The notes under the pieces are model-generated. The model did not search any database. It was not told the DNA's origin and saw only the letters and a program-made list of their open reading frames with translations. Shown in pieces: positions 55,213-63,987 of a stretch of 64,000 bases of DNA. Location: the NCBI GenBank assembly GCA_963840275.1, contig CAWIYK010000006.1, positions 193,075 to 257,074 on the forward strand, read 5' to 3'. The translations under genes were made by a program, and so were the position numbers. Source of the stretch: an uncultured Actinomycetota bacterium. Lineage in GTDB: Bacteria; Actinomycetota; Actinomycetes; Mycobacteriales; Pseudonocardiaceae. Each line of letters opens with the position of its first letter. The stretch's first letter is position 1.

Positions 55213-55247
55213 CCCCTGGTGCTCCGATCAGTTCGACTGCTGGCCGG

Positions 55248-58200
55248 TCATGCCGCGAGGTCACGCGGTTCGACGAGCTCGTCGAGCGCGGACCCCAGCA
55301 AGTCAAGATAGCGGGACGCCCACCCGCCGACCTGGTCCGCGGTGAACCGGTGCAGGTGGTACCAGAAGTTGAACCGGGGTTCGCCCTCCCAGATGTCGAT
55401 GATCAGGAACAGGCCGGCGATCTCGACCAGCGTCGGTGCGTCGAGCCCGGCCAGCTCCGGGTCGGACAGTGGCGCGAGGCACTCGAGCACCTCGACGCGT
55501 GGCCGCGCGGTGACTTCCTCGCGCTGGTAGTTGTTGAACATGATGAAGGGGTCGGTGAAGTACGTGTCCTCCGGCAGGTCGTCGAACGGGGGCACGTGCG
55601 TGACCAGGTCGACGGGCGGGTAGGCGCACCGCTCGTTGATGGCGGCGACCAGGCGGTTGCACAGCCTCGCCAGCTCGCCGACGGGACGGTCGGTGCTGGG
55701 CACCGAGATGGGGAACGGCGCCACGAACGGCCCGATGGTCCTGGCGAAGCGCTCGTCCGACCGCCCGGTCACGATGGTCCCGACCGTGACGTCCGGCCTA
55801 CCGCTCAGCTCGGCGACCAACCGCAGGTACACCGCGCACAGCAGGGCGAAAGGCGACACGTTCGCCTGCTGCGCGGCGTCCTGCAGGCGGGGCCACAGCT
55901 CGGCCCGCACCGGCGGGGTGAGCCGACCGGACCGATGGCCCTCGGTGGCCCGGCCGCCGGAATGGCCGGGCAGCAGCGTCCGGCCGGGTCCCGTGGCATG
56001 CAGGCCGGTGAAGAACGCCCGCTCGACGACGACGTCGCCGGCGAGATAGTCGGTCTGCCAGCGCACGAACTCGCCGTACTGCGTCGGCACGTCGGCCAGC
56101 GGCGGCTCCCCGGCCACCGCCCGCCGATAGCTCTCCCTGAGCTCGTCGACGAACACCGAGACGGACACGCCGTCGAACTCGAGGTGCTGGCTGGACAACA
56201 GGACGAGGAACCGTCCTTCGTCCAGCCGGACCGCGCGGATCGTCCACGGCACCGAGGTCGCCGGGTCCGGCATGTCCTCGCGGGCCGCCTGTCCGAGCTC
56301 GGCCAGCCGCTCGGCCCGGCCCGGCATCGGCAGGTCCGCGAGGTCGACGAACAGCACGTCGTCGGCCGGCAGTGCCTCCTCGACCGGCAGCAGGTGCGCG
56401 GCGTCCTCGTCGAAGCGACAGCGCAGCACGTCGTGGCGGCCGACCACGGTCGCGAGCGCGTCGCGAAACGCCGTGCGGTCCAACGCGGCCTCGAACATGA
56501 TCGGCGTGACGAGCTGGCCGTAGCCGATGCGTCGGAGCATCAGCCAGCGGCGCTGCTGGGTGGACAGCGGCAGCGTCTCCGACGTGGTCGTCGGTCGCGA
56601 CACCGGCTCGACCCCTGGCGCCGCACGCCGCGCCGAGGTCCGCCACCGGTCGGTCAGCACACCGGTGTCCAGGTACTCGGCGATCGCCGAGATGGACGGG
56701 TGCTGGAAGCAGAGCGTGGTCGGCAGCTGGCAGTCCAAAGTGGACTGGAGCCGGTTGCGGAGCTGGATCGCCGACAGCGAGTCCATGCCCAGCCGGACCA
56801 GGTGCTCGTCGTCCTCGGCGGCGGCCACGCCGAGCAGCTGTCCCGCCAGCTCCCGCACGTGGTCGAGGATCAGCTCACGACGAGGCTCCCCTGCCGCGCC
56901 GGCGATCCGGTCGCCGACGGTCTCCTCCTGGGGCGGTGCCGTCTCCTCGTCGGTGACCTCGGTGAAGAACGGATCGCCGTGCAGACCGTGCCAGCGCAGG
57001 AATGTCGGCCAGCGCGTCGGCAGGATCCCGACCTGGGCGGCGGTCCCGGCGAGCAGGTGGTCGAACGCGGCCGCGCCCTGGGACGCGGAGAAGGCGCCCA
57101 TGCCGCTGCGTTCGATCTGCGCCATCGTGCCGGCCTGGTCGGCGAGGAAGCCCGCGCCGGCCCAGGCGCCCCAGTTGACCGCGACCGCCGGCCTGCCGTT
57201 CGCGCGCCGGTGGTGGGCCAGTGCGTCGAGGAAGGTGTTCGCGGCCGCGTAGTTCGCCTGACCGGAGTTGCCCACGAGCGCGGTCGCCGAGGAGAAGTAC
57301 AGGCAGAAGTCGAGGTCGTGACCGCGCTCCCGGCACCACACGTGCAGGTTCCACGCGCCCTGGGCCTTCGGGGCGAACACCGGGCCGAACCGCGTCCAGT
57401 CGAGGCTGCGCAGCACGCCGTCGTCCAGGATCGCGGCCGTGTGCACCACTCCCCGCAGTGGCACGCCGAGTTCCGCGATCCGGTCGAACAGTCCGGCGAC
57501 CGCGCCCTGGTCGGCGATGTCGGCCCGCTCGACCACGACTCTCGTTCCCCGCGCGCGCATCCGGTCGAGGCGTTCGGCGACCTCCGCCGTCGGCGCGCCG
57601 CGGCCGACCAGCACCACCGTGCCGGCGCCGGCGGCGGAAAGGCGTTCCGCGGCGAGCACCCCGAGTCCGCGCACACCGCCGACCACGAGGTAGCACGCGT
57701 CGGCGCGCAGCCGTGCCGGCTGGTCGGCGGCCGGTGCCCGCACGAGGCGGCGCACGTGACGCACCCCGGCGCGCAGGGCCACCTCCCGCTCGCCACCGAC
57801 GCCGTCCAGCTCGCCGAGCAGCTCTGCCGCCCGCGCCGCCGGGTCGTCGACACCGTCGAGGTCGACCCGGACGAACGACAGCTCGGGGTGTTCCATCGCG
57901 GCGATCTTCGCGAGACCCCACAGTGGCGCCTGCGCGACACCGTCCGCCCGGTCGGACTCGCCGACCACGTGGACGTTGCTGGTGACGAGCACCAGCGCCG
58001 GTCGCGCGTCGTCGTCGCGCGCGGCGAGCGCCTTGACCAGCTCCACGACGCTGGCCGCACCGGTCGCCGCAGCCGCCACGACGCTGTCGGGCGCGGCGGC
58101 GAGCGCCGCGGTGCTGTCCGGGAGGGCCGGCGTCTCGAGGCTCCACAGGTGGACCACGCCCTCGATCGGGCCCGGGACGGTGTCGAGCAGCTCGCCCGCG

Positions 58201-61040
58201 AACCCCTCTTCCCTGCGCACGACCACGCACGGCCGGCCGTCGGAGCGGAGCCGGTCGGCCACGGCGTCCCCGATGCCGTACCGGTCGGCGAACACGATGA
58301 CCGTGCCCCGGGTCGGCTCCGCGTCGGGTCCCCGACGCGGGGCCGGCGCGGGTCGCCAGACCGGCTCGTGCACCAGGCTCCGCCAGTCCTCGGTCGGCCG
58401 TGGCGGCGCGGCCGGCTCGCGGTCCGGCGCGTCGATCCAGTAGCGCCGACGCTGGAACGGGTAGGTCGGCAGGTGGAGCCTGCGGCGCTGCTCCGGACCG
58501 GACACCGCCGCCCAGTCGATGTCGGCGCCGAGCTCGTAGAGCCGACCCAGCGCCGTGCCCAGCTCGGCCCAGTCGGGGCGGCCCGGCCGCAGGCTGGGCA
58601 GCCATGGCCCGGGATGGTCGGGAAGTACCGCGCCGGCCATCCCGAGGAGCACCGGCACGGAACCGATCTCCACGAACGCGTCGGCCCCGGCGGCGGCGAC
58701 CGAGCGGACACCCGTGGCGAAGCGCACCGGTTCGCGCAGCTGGCGCCGCCAGTACCCGCTGGTGCCGATCAGGTCGCCGATCAGCTCGCCGGTCACGTCC
58801 GACACGATCGGCGACCGGGGCGCGCCCATCGTGCAGAGGCCCACCTCGTGCTCGAACTCGTCGAGTACGCCGTCCACGTCCGGGGAGTGCCCGGCACCGC
58901 CGTAGCCGAGGTCCTTGACCTGGATCCCCCGAGCGTCCAGCCGGGCGCCGAGGTCGCGCAGCGCGTCCGCCCGGCCGGCGACCACGGTGTTCGCCGGCCC
59001 GTTCGACGCCGCCACGGACACCGCGCCCGCGTAGCGCGCGATCTCCTCCCCCGCGTCGTGTTCGCCGAGGCCGACGGCCATCATGGCGCCGCCGTCGGGC
59101 AGCGTGGACAGCAACCGGGCGCGGGTGGCGACGAGGTGCGCGCCGGTGGCGATGTCGAAGACCCCGGCCGCGCAGGCGGCGGCGAACTCGCCGAGGCTGT
59201 GGCCGAGCACCGCGGCCGGCTCGACACCCCACGACCGCCACAGTTCGACCAGGCCGAGCTGCACCGCGAACTGAGCGGGCTGCGCACGCGCCAGCCAGCT
59301 CGTCCGATCGCCTTCGTGCTCTCCCCCGTACAGCACCTCCGCCGCGGTCACGCCCAGCTCGTCCCGGTACACCGCCGAGCAGAGGTCGACGGTCTCGCGG
59401 AACACCGGTGACGTCCGGTACAGCGTCGCGCCGACGCCGGCGATGTCCGCCCGGTACCCGGTGAACAGCATGGCGACCCGCGGGGGCGTGAGATCCCCAC
59501 CGCCGGTCGACGGACGGCCGGCCAGCTCGGCCGCGGCCCGCCGCGGTGAGTCGGCGACCACCGCGGCGCGGTACTCGTGGTGGCGCCGACCGGTGTTCGC
59601 CGAGTTGGCGACGTCCGCGAGGTCCTGCTCCGGGTGGTCCACGAGGTGCTGGCGGTACCGGGCGGTGAGGTCCCGCAGCGCGGCCGGCGTGCGGGCGCTG
59701 AGCGTCAGCACCTGCCAGTCGCGCTCGGCGGCGGGCACCGCCGGGAGCGCCGGTGGTTCCTCGAGCACCACGTGGGCGTTGGTGCCGCCGAGCCCGAACG
59801 CGCTCACGCCGGCACGGCGCGGGGCGTCGACCGGGCTGGGCCAGTCCCGCAGGCTGGTGTTGACGAAGAACGGGGAGTCCGCGAACCCGATCCGCGGGTT
59901 CGGTTCGGTGAAGTGCAGGCTCGGCGGGAGCTGGCGGTGCCGGAGGGCGAACACCGCCTTGATCAGGCTGGCCATGCCGGCGGCCCAGCCGAGGTGCCCG
60001 ATGTTGGTCTTCACCGACCCGATGGCGCAGCTGGCGCCGGGCGCCGAGCCGAACGCCCTGGTGAGCGCCTCGATCTCGATCGGGTCGCCCAGGGCGGTGC
60101 CGGTGCCGTGCGTCTCGACGTAGCCGACCGTCTCCGCGGGCACCTCGGCGACCCGGAGGGCTTCGGCGACCACCGCCGCCTGACCGCTCACGCCGGGGGC
60201 GGTCATCCCGACCTTCCGGGCCCCGTCGTTGTTGACGGCCGTGCCCTTGATGACGGCGTAGACCGGGTCCCCGTCGGCCACCGCCTCGGCGAGCGGCTTC
60301 AGCGCCACGACCCCGACGCCGCTGCCGAACACCGTGCCGTCGGCACGTGCGTCGAAGGCACGGCAGTAGCCGTCCGACGAGAACACCATGCCGGACTCGT
60401 ACAGGTAGGAGGAGAGCTGGGGCACCGGGACGTTGGCCGCGCCGGCCAGCGCCAGGTCGCACTCGCCGGCGAGCAGGGCCTGGCACGCGAAGTGCACGGC
60501 GTACAGCGAGGTCGCGCAGGCCGCCTGGAGGTTCACGCTCGGGCCGCGGAGGTCGAGCTTGTAGGAGGTGCGGCTGGTGAGGAAGTCCTTGTCCGAGGCG
60601 ATCAGCAGCTGGAGCTCGGCCGTCGAGTCGAGCATCGTCCGGTCCGGCCGCCAGTCGTCGGCGTGCACGTTGTTGATGAGGTAGCTGCTCGGTCCGGTGC
60701 CGCCGTAGACGCCAACGGCCCCCGGATAGGCGCTGCCGTCGTACCCGGCGTCCTCCAGCGCCTCCCAGGAGCATTCGAGGAAGAGCCGGTGCTGCGGGTC
60801 GAGCCGCTCCGCCTCGCGCGTGCCGAAGCCGAAGAACTCGGCGTCGAACCCCTCGATGTCGGTGAGCAGGCCGCCGGCCCTGATCGCCCCGTCCGCACCG
60901 GACTCGTGCCGGGTGATCGAGTCGACGCCGTCCCGGACGTTGCGCCAGAACGCCGACGGATCGCCGGCCCCCGGGAAGCGACAGGCCATGCCGATGATCG
61001 CGATGTCGTTGTCCCGCACCGGCATCCCGGTCTCGTTCAT
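55248..61040 (-). CDS. Type I PKS module with terminal condensation domain (KS-AT-KR-ACP-C), 1930 aa
   Basis: Starts MNETGMPVRDNDIAIIGMACRFPG. The ATG overlaps the upstream stop (ATGA at 61037-61040). Domain motifs are listed in the sub-features. There is no DH, ER or TE. Confidence 0.95.
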   Translation of the reverse strand: MNETGMPVRDNDIAIIGMACRFPGAGDPSAFWRNVRDGVDSITRHESGADGAIRAGGLLTDIEGFDAEFFGFGTREAERLDPQHRLFLECSWEALEDAGYDGSAYPGAVGVYGGTGPSSYLINNVHADDWRPDRTMLDSTAELQLLIASDKDFLTSRTSYKLDLRGPSVNLQAACATSLYAVHFACQALLAGECDLALAGAANVPVPQLSSYLYESGMVFSSDGYCRAFDARADGTVFGSGVGVVALKPLAEAVADGDPVYAVIKGTAVNNDGARKVGMTAPGVSGQAAVVAEALRVAEVPAETVGYVETHGTGTALGDPIEIEALTRAFGSAPGASCAIGSVKTNIGHLGWAAGMASLIKAVFALRHRQLPPSLHFTEPNPRIGFADSPFFVNTSLRDWPSPVDAPRRAGVSAFGLGGTNAHVVLEEPPALPAVPAAERDWQVLTLSARTPAALRDLTARYRQHLVDHPEQDLADVANSANTGRRHHEYRAAVVADSPRRAAAELAGRPSTGGGDLTPPRVAMLFTGYRADIAGVGATLYRTSPVFRETVDLCSAVYRDELGVTAAEVLYGGEHEGDRTSWLARAQPAQFAVQLGLVELWRSWGVEPAAVLGHSLGEFAAACAAGVFDIATGAHLVATRARLLSTLPDGGAMMAVGLGEHDAGEEIARYAGAVSVAASNGPANTVVAGRADALRDLGARLDARGIQVKDLGYGGAGHSPDVDGVLDEFEHEVGLCTMGAPRSPIVSDVTGELIGDLIGTSGYWRRQLREPVRFATGVRSVAAAGADAFVEIGSVPVLLGMAGAVLPDHPGPWLPSLRPGRPDWAELGTALGRLYELGADIDWAAVSGPEQRRRLHLPTYPFQRRRYWIDAPDREPAAPPRPTEDWRSLVHEPVWRPAPAPRRGPDAEPTRGTVIVFADRYGIGDAVADRLRSDGRPCVVVRREEGFAGELLDTVPGPIEGVVHLWSLETPALPDSTAALAAAPDSVVAAAATGAASVVELVKALAARDDDARPALVLVTSNVHVVGESDRADGVAQAPLWGLAKIAAMEHPELSFVRVDLDGVDDPAARAAELLGELDGVGGEREVALRAGVRHVRRLVRAPAADQPARLRADACYLVVGGVRGLGVLAAERLSAAGAGTVVLVGRGAPTAEVAERLDRMRARGTRVVVERADIADQGAVAGLFDRIAELGVPLRGVVHTAAILDDGVLRSLDWTRFGPVFAPKAQGAWNLHVWCRERGHDLDFCLYFSSATALVGNSGQANYAAANTFLDALAHHRRANGRPAVAVNWGAWAGAGFLADQAGTMAQIERSGMGAFSASQGAAAFDHLLAGTAAQVGILPTRWPTFLRWHGLHGDPFFTEVTDEETAPPQEETVGDRIAGAAGEPRRELILDHVRELAGQLLGVAAAEDDEHLVRLGMDSLSAIQLRNRLQSTLDCQLPTTLCFQHPSISAIAEYLDTGVLTDRWRTSARRAAPGVEPVSRPTTTSETLPLSTQQRRWLMLRRIGYGQLVTPIMFEAALDRTAFRDALATVVGRHDVLRCRFDEDAAHLLPVEEALPADDVLFVDLADLPMPGRAERLAELGQAAREDMPDPATSVPWTIRAVRLDEGRFLVLLSSQHLEFDGVSVSVFVDELRESYRRAVAGEPPLADVPTQYGEFVRWQTDYLAGDVVVERAFFTGLHATGPGRTLLPGHSGGRATEGHRSGRLTPPVRAELWPRLQDAAQQANVSPFALLCAVYLRLVAELSGRPDVTVGTIVTGRSDERFARTIGPFVAPFPISVPSTDRPVGELARLCNRLVAAINERCAYPPVDLVTHVPPFDDLPEDTYFTDPFIMFNNYQREEVTARPRVEVLECLAPLSDPELAGLDAPTLVEIAGLFLIIDIWEGEPRFNFWYHLHRFTADQVGGWASRYLDLLGSALDELVEPRDLAA
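55266..56579 (-). other. C-terminal condensation domain (approx. residues 1488-1925)
   Basis: SSQHLEFDGVS is a variant of HHxxxDG that retains the second His. It is about 430 aa, the typical C-domain length. Confidence 0.75.
56661..56888 (-). other. ACP domain (approx. residues 1385-1460)
   Basis: LGMDSLSAIQL carries the phosphopantetheine Ser1421. Confidence 0.85.
57156..57698 (-). other. KR catalytic subdomain (approx. residues 1115-1295)
   Basis: The NADPH site is VVGGVRGLG. An LDD motif lies at 1205-1207. The catalytic residues are in SSATALVGNSGQANYAAAN. Confidence 0.85.
58461..59480 (-). other. AT domain (approx. residues 521-860)
   Basis: GHSLGE occupies residues 613-618. The specificity motif position reads GAGH (715-718) instead of HAFH or YASH. 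Confidence 0.85.
59751..61013 (-). other. KS domain (approx. residues 10-430)
   Basis: The active-site Cys is in QAACATSL (Cys175, codon 60516-60518). His residues are in ETHGTGT and KTNIGHL. Confidence 0.9.
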
Positions 61041-62944
61041 CCCGCCCGCCTCGTCTCGTCCTGCCTGGCCAGCAAGCGGGTCCGCCGATCCGGGCGCCGC
61101 AGCACCCGCCGGTCGCGACCGTCCGGGGCCGCGTCGGCTCCCGGCGCGTCGATCCGAGCCGCCAGCGACCGGACGGTCGGGTGCTCGAACAGGGCGACCG
61201 CCGGCAGCGTGGTCCCCATCCTGGTGGTCATCGTGGTGGTCAGCGCACGGTGGACGTAGGTGACGAGCAGCGAGCTGCCGCCCAGCTCGAAGAAGTTGTC
61301 GAGCACCCCGACCTCCCGCAGCCGCAACGCCTCCCGCCACACCTCGGCGACCGCGCGCTCGGTGTCGGTCGCGGGCGGCACCATGGGGGTGTCCAGGGTC
61401 GGGCGGTCGTTGGAGACGAGCGGCAGACCCGCGCGGTCGATCTTCCCGTTGGGCGACAACGGCATCTCCGCCACGCGCACGAAGCTCTGCGGCACCATGT
61501 ACTCCGGGAGCCGGTCCGCGAGGTAGGCGTGCCAGCTCGGCTCGAACAACCGGAACACGCCGTCCGCACGGTCCGCCCCGCCGAGGACGACGTAGGCGAC
61601 GAGACGTCGCTGTCCGGCCGCGTCCTCGTCGGTGAGCACCGCGCACTCGGTGACGTCGGGATGCTGTGCCAGCGCCGCCTCGACCTCACCCAGCTCGACC
61701 CGGTGCCCCCGGATCTTGACCTGGCGGTCGGTCCGGCCGAGGAACTCGAGCGCTCCCAGCCCGTCGTACCGGACCCGGTCGCCGGTGCGGTAGAGCCGGG
61801 CGCCGGTGGGGCCGGGCGCGAACCGCTCGTCGGTGAGGTCGGGCCGCCCGAGGTACCCGTCGGCGAGTCCCGGGCCACCGATGTAGAGCTGACCGGGCTG
61901 TCCCGGCGACACCGGGCGGCCCTCGTCGTCGAGCACGTGGGCGTCCACGTGCGGCAGCGGGGGGCCGATCGGGGGCAGGTCCGGCCAGTCCGCCGGCGGA
62001 CCGGTCAGCTCGTGCACGGTGACCACGTGCGTCTCGGTCGGCCCGTAGTGGTTGAAGAGCCGGCACCACGGCATGCGGGCGAACCAGTCGCGGATCGCGG
62101 GCGTGACGCGCAGCTGGTCGCCGAGCACCACCACGGTCCGCAGGTCGGGCAGGGGCGACTCGGCCGCCGCGGCCAGGACGGGCAGCAGCACGGTCGGCAC
62201 GAAGAACCGGCCGACCCGCTCGTCGGCGAGCAGGCGCAGCAACCCGTTCGCGTCGTGCCGCTGGCCCTCGTCGAGCAGCAACAGGGTGCCGCCGTTGCAC
62301 AGGGTGGAGTAGATCTCCTGCACCGACACGTCGAAGCTGATCGGCGCGAACTGGAGCGTGGTGACGCCGGTCTGCGGCCCGTCGGCGCTCCGGTGCCAGT
62401 CGACGAGCGTGCCGAAGGCGCCATGGCTCATGACGACGCCCTTGGGTGTTCCCGTCGAGCCGGAGGTGTAGATCAGGTACAGCGGGTCCCGCTGCCTCGG
62501 GTGCGGCGGCACTGCCGGGGCCGCGCCGTCCTCGCTCGCCACGAGGTCCTCGACGAGCAAGGTCGTCGGGCCGTCGCCGGCACTGTGCGCGGTGGCCGCG
62601 CGGCACGTGAGCACCGCACGCGCACCCGAGTCGGCCAGCATGAGCTTGCGGCGGACCTCCGGGTAGTCGGCGTCGAGCGGTAGGCACGCCGCGCCGGACC
62701 AGGCGATGCCGAGCAACCCGACGATCAGGTCGACGCCGCGCGGCATGCTCAGCGCCACCGGCTCCGACCCGAGACCGGCGCGACGCAAGCCCGCCGCCAC
62801 CCGCCCGGCGCGACGCACGAGCTCGCGATAGGTCACCTCGGTGGTGCCGTGGCGCAGTGCGACCACGTCCGGGTGTGCCCGCGCGACCTCGTCGATCATC
62901 CGCGGCAGCAGGCTCGGCGCCTCCCCCGGCGACCCGCCGCTCAC
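61037..62944 (-). CDS. Stand-alone NRPS loading didomain (A-T), 635 aa
   Basis: The GTG (cac at 62942-62944) overlaps the methyltransferase stop (GTGA). Core motifs are LIYTSGSTGTPKGV, FDVSVQE, NHYGPTE, YRTGD and GRTDRQVKIRG. The T domain has FFELGGSSLL. Confidence 0.9.
   Translation of the reverse strand: MSGGSPGEAPSLLPRMIDEVARAHPDVVALRHGTTEVTYRELVRRAGRVAAGLRRAGLGSEPVALSMPRGVDLIVGLLGIAWSGAACLPLDADYPEVRRKLMLADSGARAVLTCRAATAHSAGDGPTTLLVEDLVASEDGAAPAVPPHPRQRDPLYLIYTSGSTGTPKGVVMSHGAFGTLVDWHRSADGPQTGVTTLQFAPISFDVSVQEIYSTLCNGGTLLLLDEGQRHDANGLLRLLADERVGRFFVPTVLLPVLAAAAESPLPDLRTVVVLGDQLRVTPAIRDWFARMPWCRLFNHYGPTETHVVTVHELTGPPADWPDLPPIGPPLPHVDAHVLDDEGRPVSPGQPGQLYIGGPGLADGYLGRPDLTDERFAPGPTGARLYRTGDRVRYDGLGALEFLGRTDRQVKIRGHRVELGEVEAALAQHPDVTECAVLTDEDAAGQRRLVAYVVLGGADRADGVFRLFEPSWHAYLADRLPEYMVPQSFVRVAEMPLSPNGKIDRAGLPLVSNDRPTLDTPMVPPATDTERAVAEVWREALRLREVGVLDNFFELGGSSLLVTYVHRALTTTMTTRMGTTLPAVALFEHPTVRSLAARIDAPGADAAPDGRDRRVLRRPDRRTRLLARQDETRRAG
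61160..61363 (-). other. Thiolation (PCP) domain (approx. residues 528-595)
   Basis: The GGSS motif has its Ser557 codon at 61274-61276 and Ser558 as the likely carrier serine. Confidence 0.8.
61430..62911 (-). other. Adenylation domain (approx. residues 12-505)
   Basis: The specificity residues, read by eye against GrsA-PheA numbering, are D V Q F V L H V V K. Confidence 0.8.
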
Positions 62945-63987
62945 CGCGCCCGCCGGAGCAGGTAGCCGATCTCCAGGCCGGTGGAGTCGACGTTGTCGTC
63001 GGGATGCCCCACAGCGACGACCTCCAGACCGGCCTCGTGGAAGAGCTCCTCCCAGAACTCGCGGCGCTCGAGGCGCTGCTCGGTCAGCTCGTGCAGCAGG
63101 TAGTACGGGTTGTAGTAGGCGAGCCCGAGCCCGTGGCGCATCACCGACGGCTCGTCCGCGCGGTAGTCGACCTCGATGACCAGCCAGTGCGCGTCGGGGT
63201 GCCGCCGCACGGTCTCCCGCAGCATGGCCACGATCGGCTCCCGGCCGCGCTGCTCGAGCACCTCCTGGAGCACGAAGGCGGTGAGGAAGCACAGGTTGCC
63301 GTGCGCCGGCAGGTCGAGGTCGACGACGTCGAGCGCTCCGGCCTGGTGCAGGTCGACCCGATCGGCGAGGCCCTCGCGCTCGATCCGCGCCCGCGCGAGG
63401 TCGAAACCGCCGGCGTCGGGTTCGAGACCGACGCCGGTGACGCCGGGCAGCGACCGGCAGAGGGCGGCGAGGAACCCTGCGTCACCGCAGCCGAGGTCGA
63501 CGACCGTGGTGTGGTCGGTCTCGAGCCGGCCGATCAGCCGTTCCGCGAGCGGCAGCGCGTCGTAGGCGCTGATCCCGCAGCTGCCGGCACCGACGTCGCC
63601 CCCGTTCCGGCCGGCGTAGGGCGCGTCGGCGCGCAGGGTGTCGCCGAGCTGGGCGAAGGTGCTGGTGTAGCCGCCGACCAGCAGCTTGTACCAGGCGCGG
63701 AACTCGTTGGTCTGCCTCGCCTTCGACGTCAGCCGCCAACCATCGCCGTCGGCATTGCCGTCGCAGGCGAGGAAACCCTCGTTGGCGAGGTAGCGCAGGA
63801 AGCCGCCGAGACGGGCCTCGTCCATGCCGAGCTTGCCGGCGACCGTGCTCGCCGAGAGCCCGGGGTCGGCCGCCAGCAGGTCATGGATTCCGGAGTCCAT
63901 CAGGACGAACACCGCCTGGGCGAGCGCGAAGCCCCGAACCGGTTGCAGCGCCTGGATCAGCCGCGCCTCGAAATCGGTCGCGATCAT
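62941..63987 (-). CDS. SAM-dependent methyltransferase with N-terminal winged-helix dimerisation domain
   Basis: 348 aa. The N-terminal wHTH-like region reads VAGKLGMDEARLGGFLRYLANEGFL. Motif I is VVDLGCGDAGFL and motif II is VGLEPD. It is the first gene of the array that is fully inside the window. Confidence 0.8.
   Translation of the reverse strand: MIATDFEARLIQALQPVRGFALAQAVFVLMDSGIHDLLAADPGLSASTVAGKLGMDEARLGGFLRYLANEGFLACDGNADGDGWRLTSKARQTNEFRAWYKLLVGGYTSTFAQLGDTLRADAPYAGRNGGDVGAGSCGISAYDALPLAERLIGRLETDHTTVVDLGCGDAGFLAALCRSLPGVTGVGLEPDAGGFDLARARIEREGLADRVDLHQAGALDVVDLDLPAHGNLCFLTAFVLQEVLEQRGREPIVAMLRETVRRHPDAHWLVIEVDYRADEPSVMRHGLGLAYYNPYYLLHELTEQRLERREFWEELFHEAGLEVVAVGHPDDNVDSTGLEIGYLLRRAR

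Noticed and set aside
55350-60774. Very long alternative-frame ORFs inside the PKS gene (55350..59411 plus strand, 1353 aa; 56875..60774 minus strand, 1299 aa).
   Set aside because: Both have extreme Arg/Gly/Pro composition and no domain motifs. The 55248..61040 frame carries a complete, ordered KS-AT-KR-ACP-C motif set.
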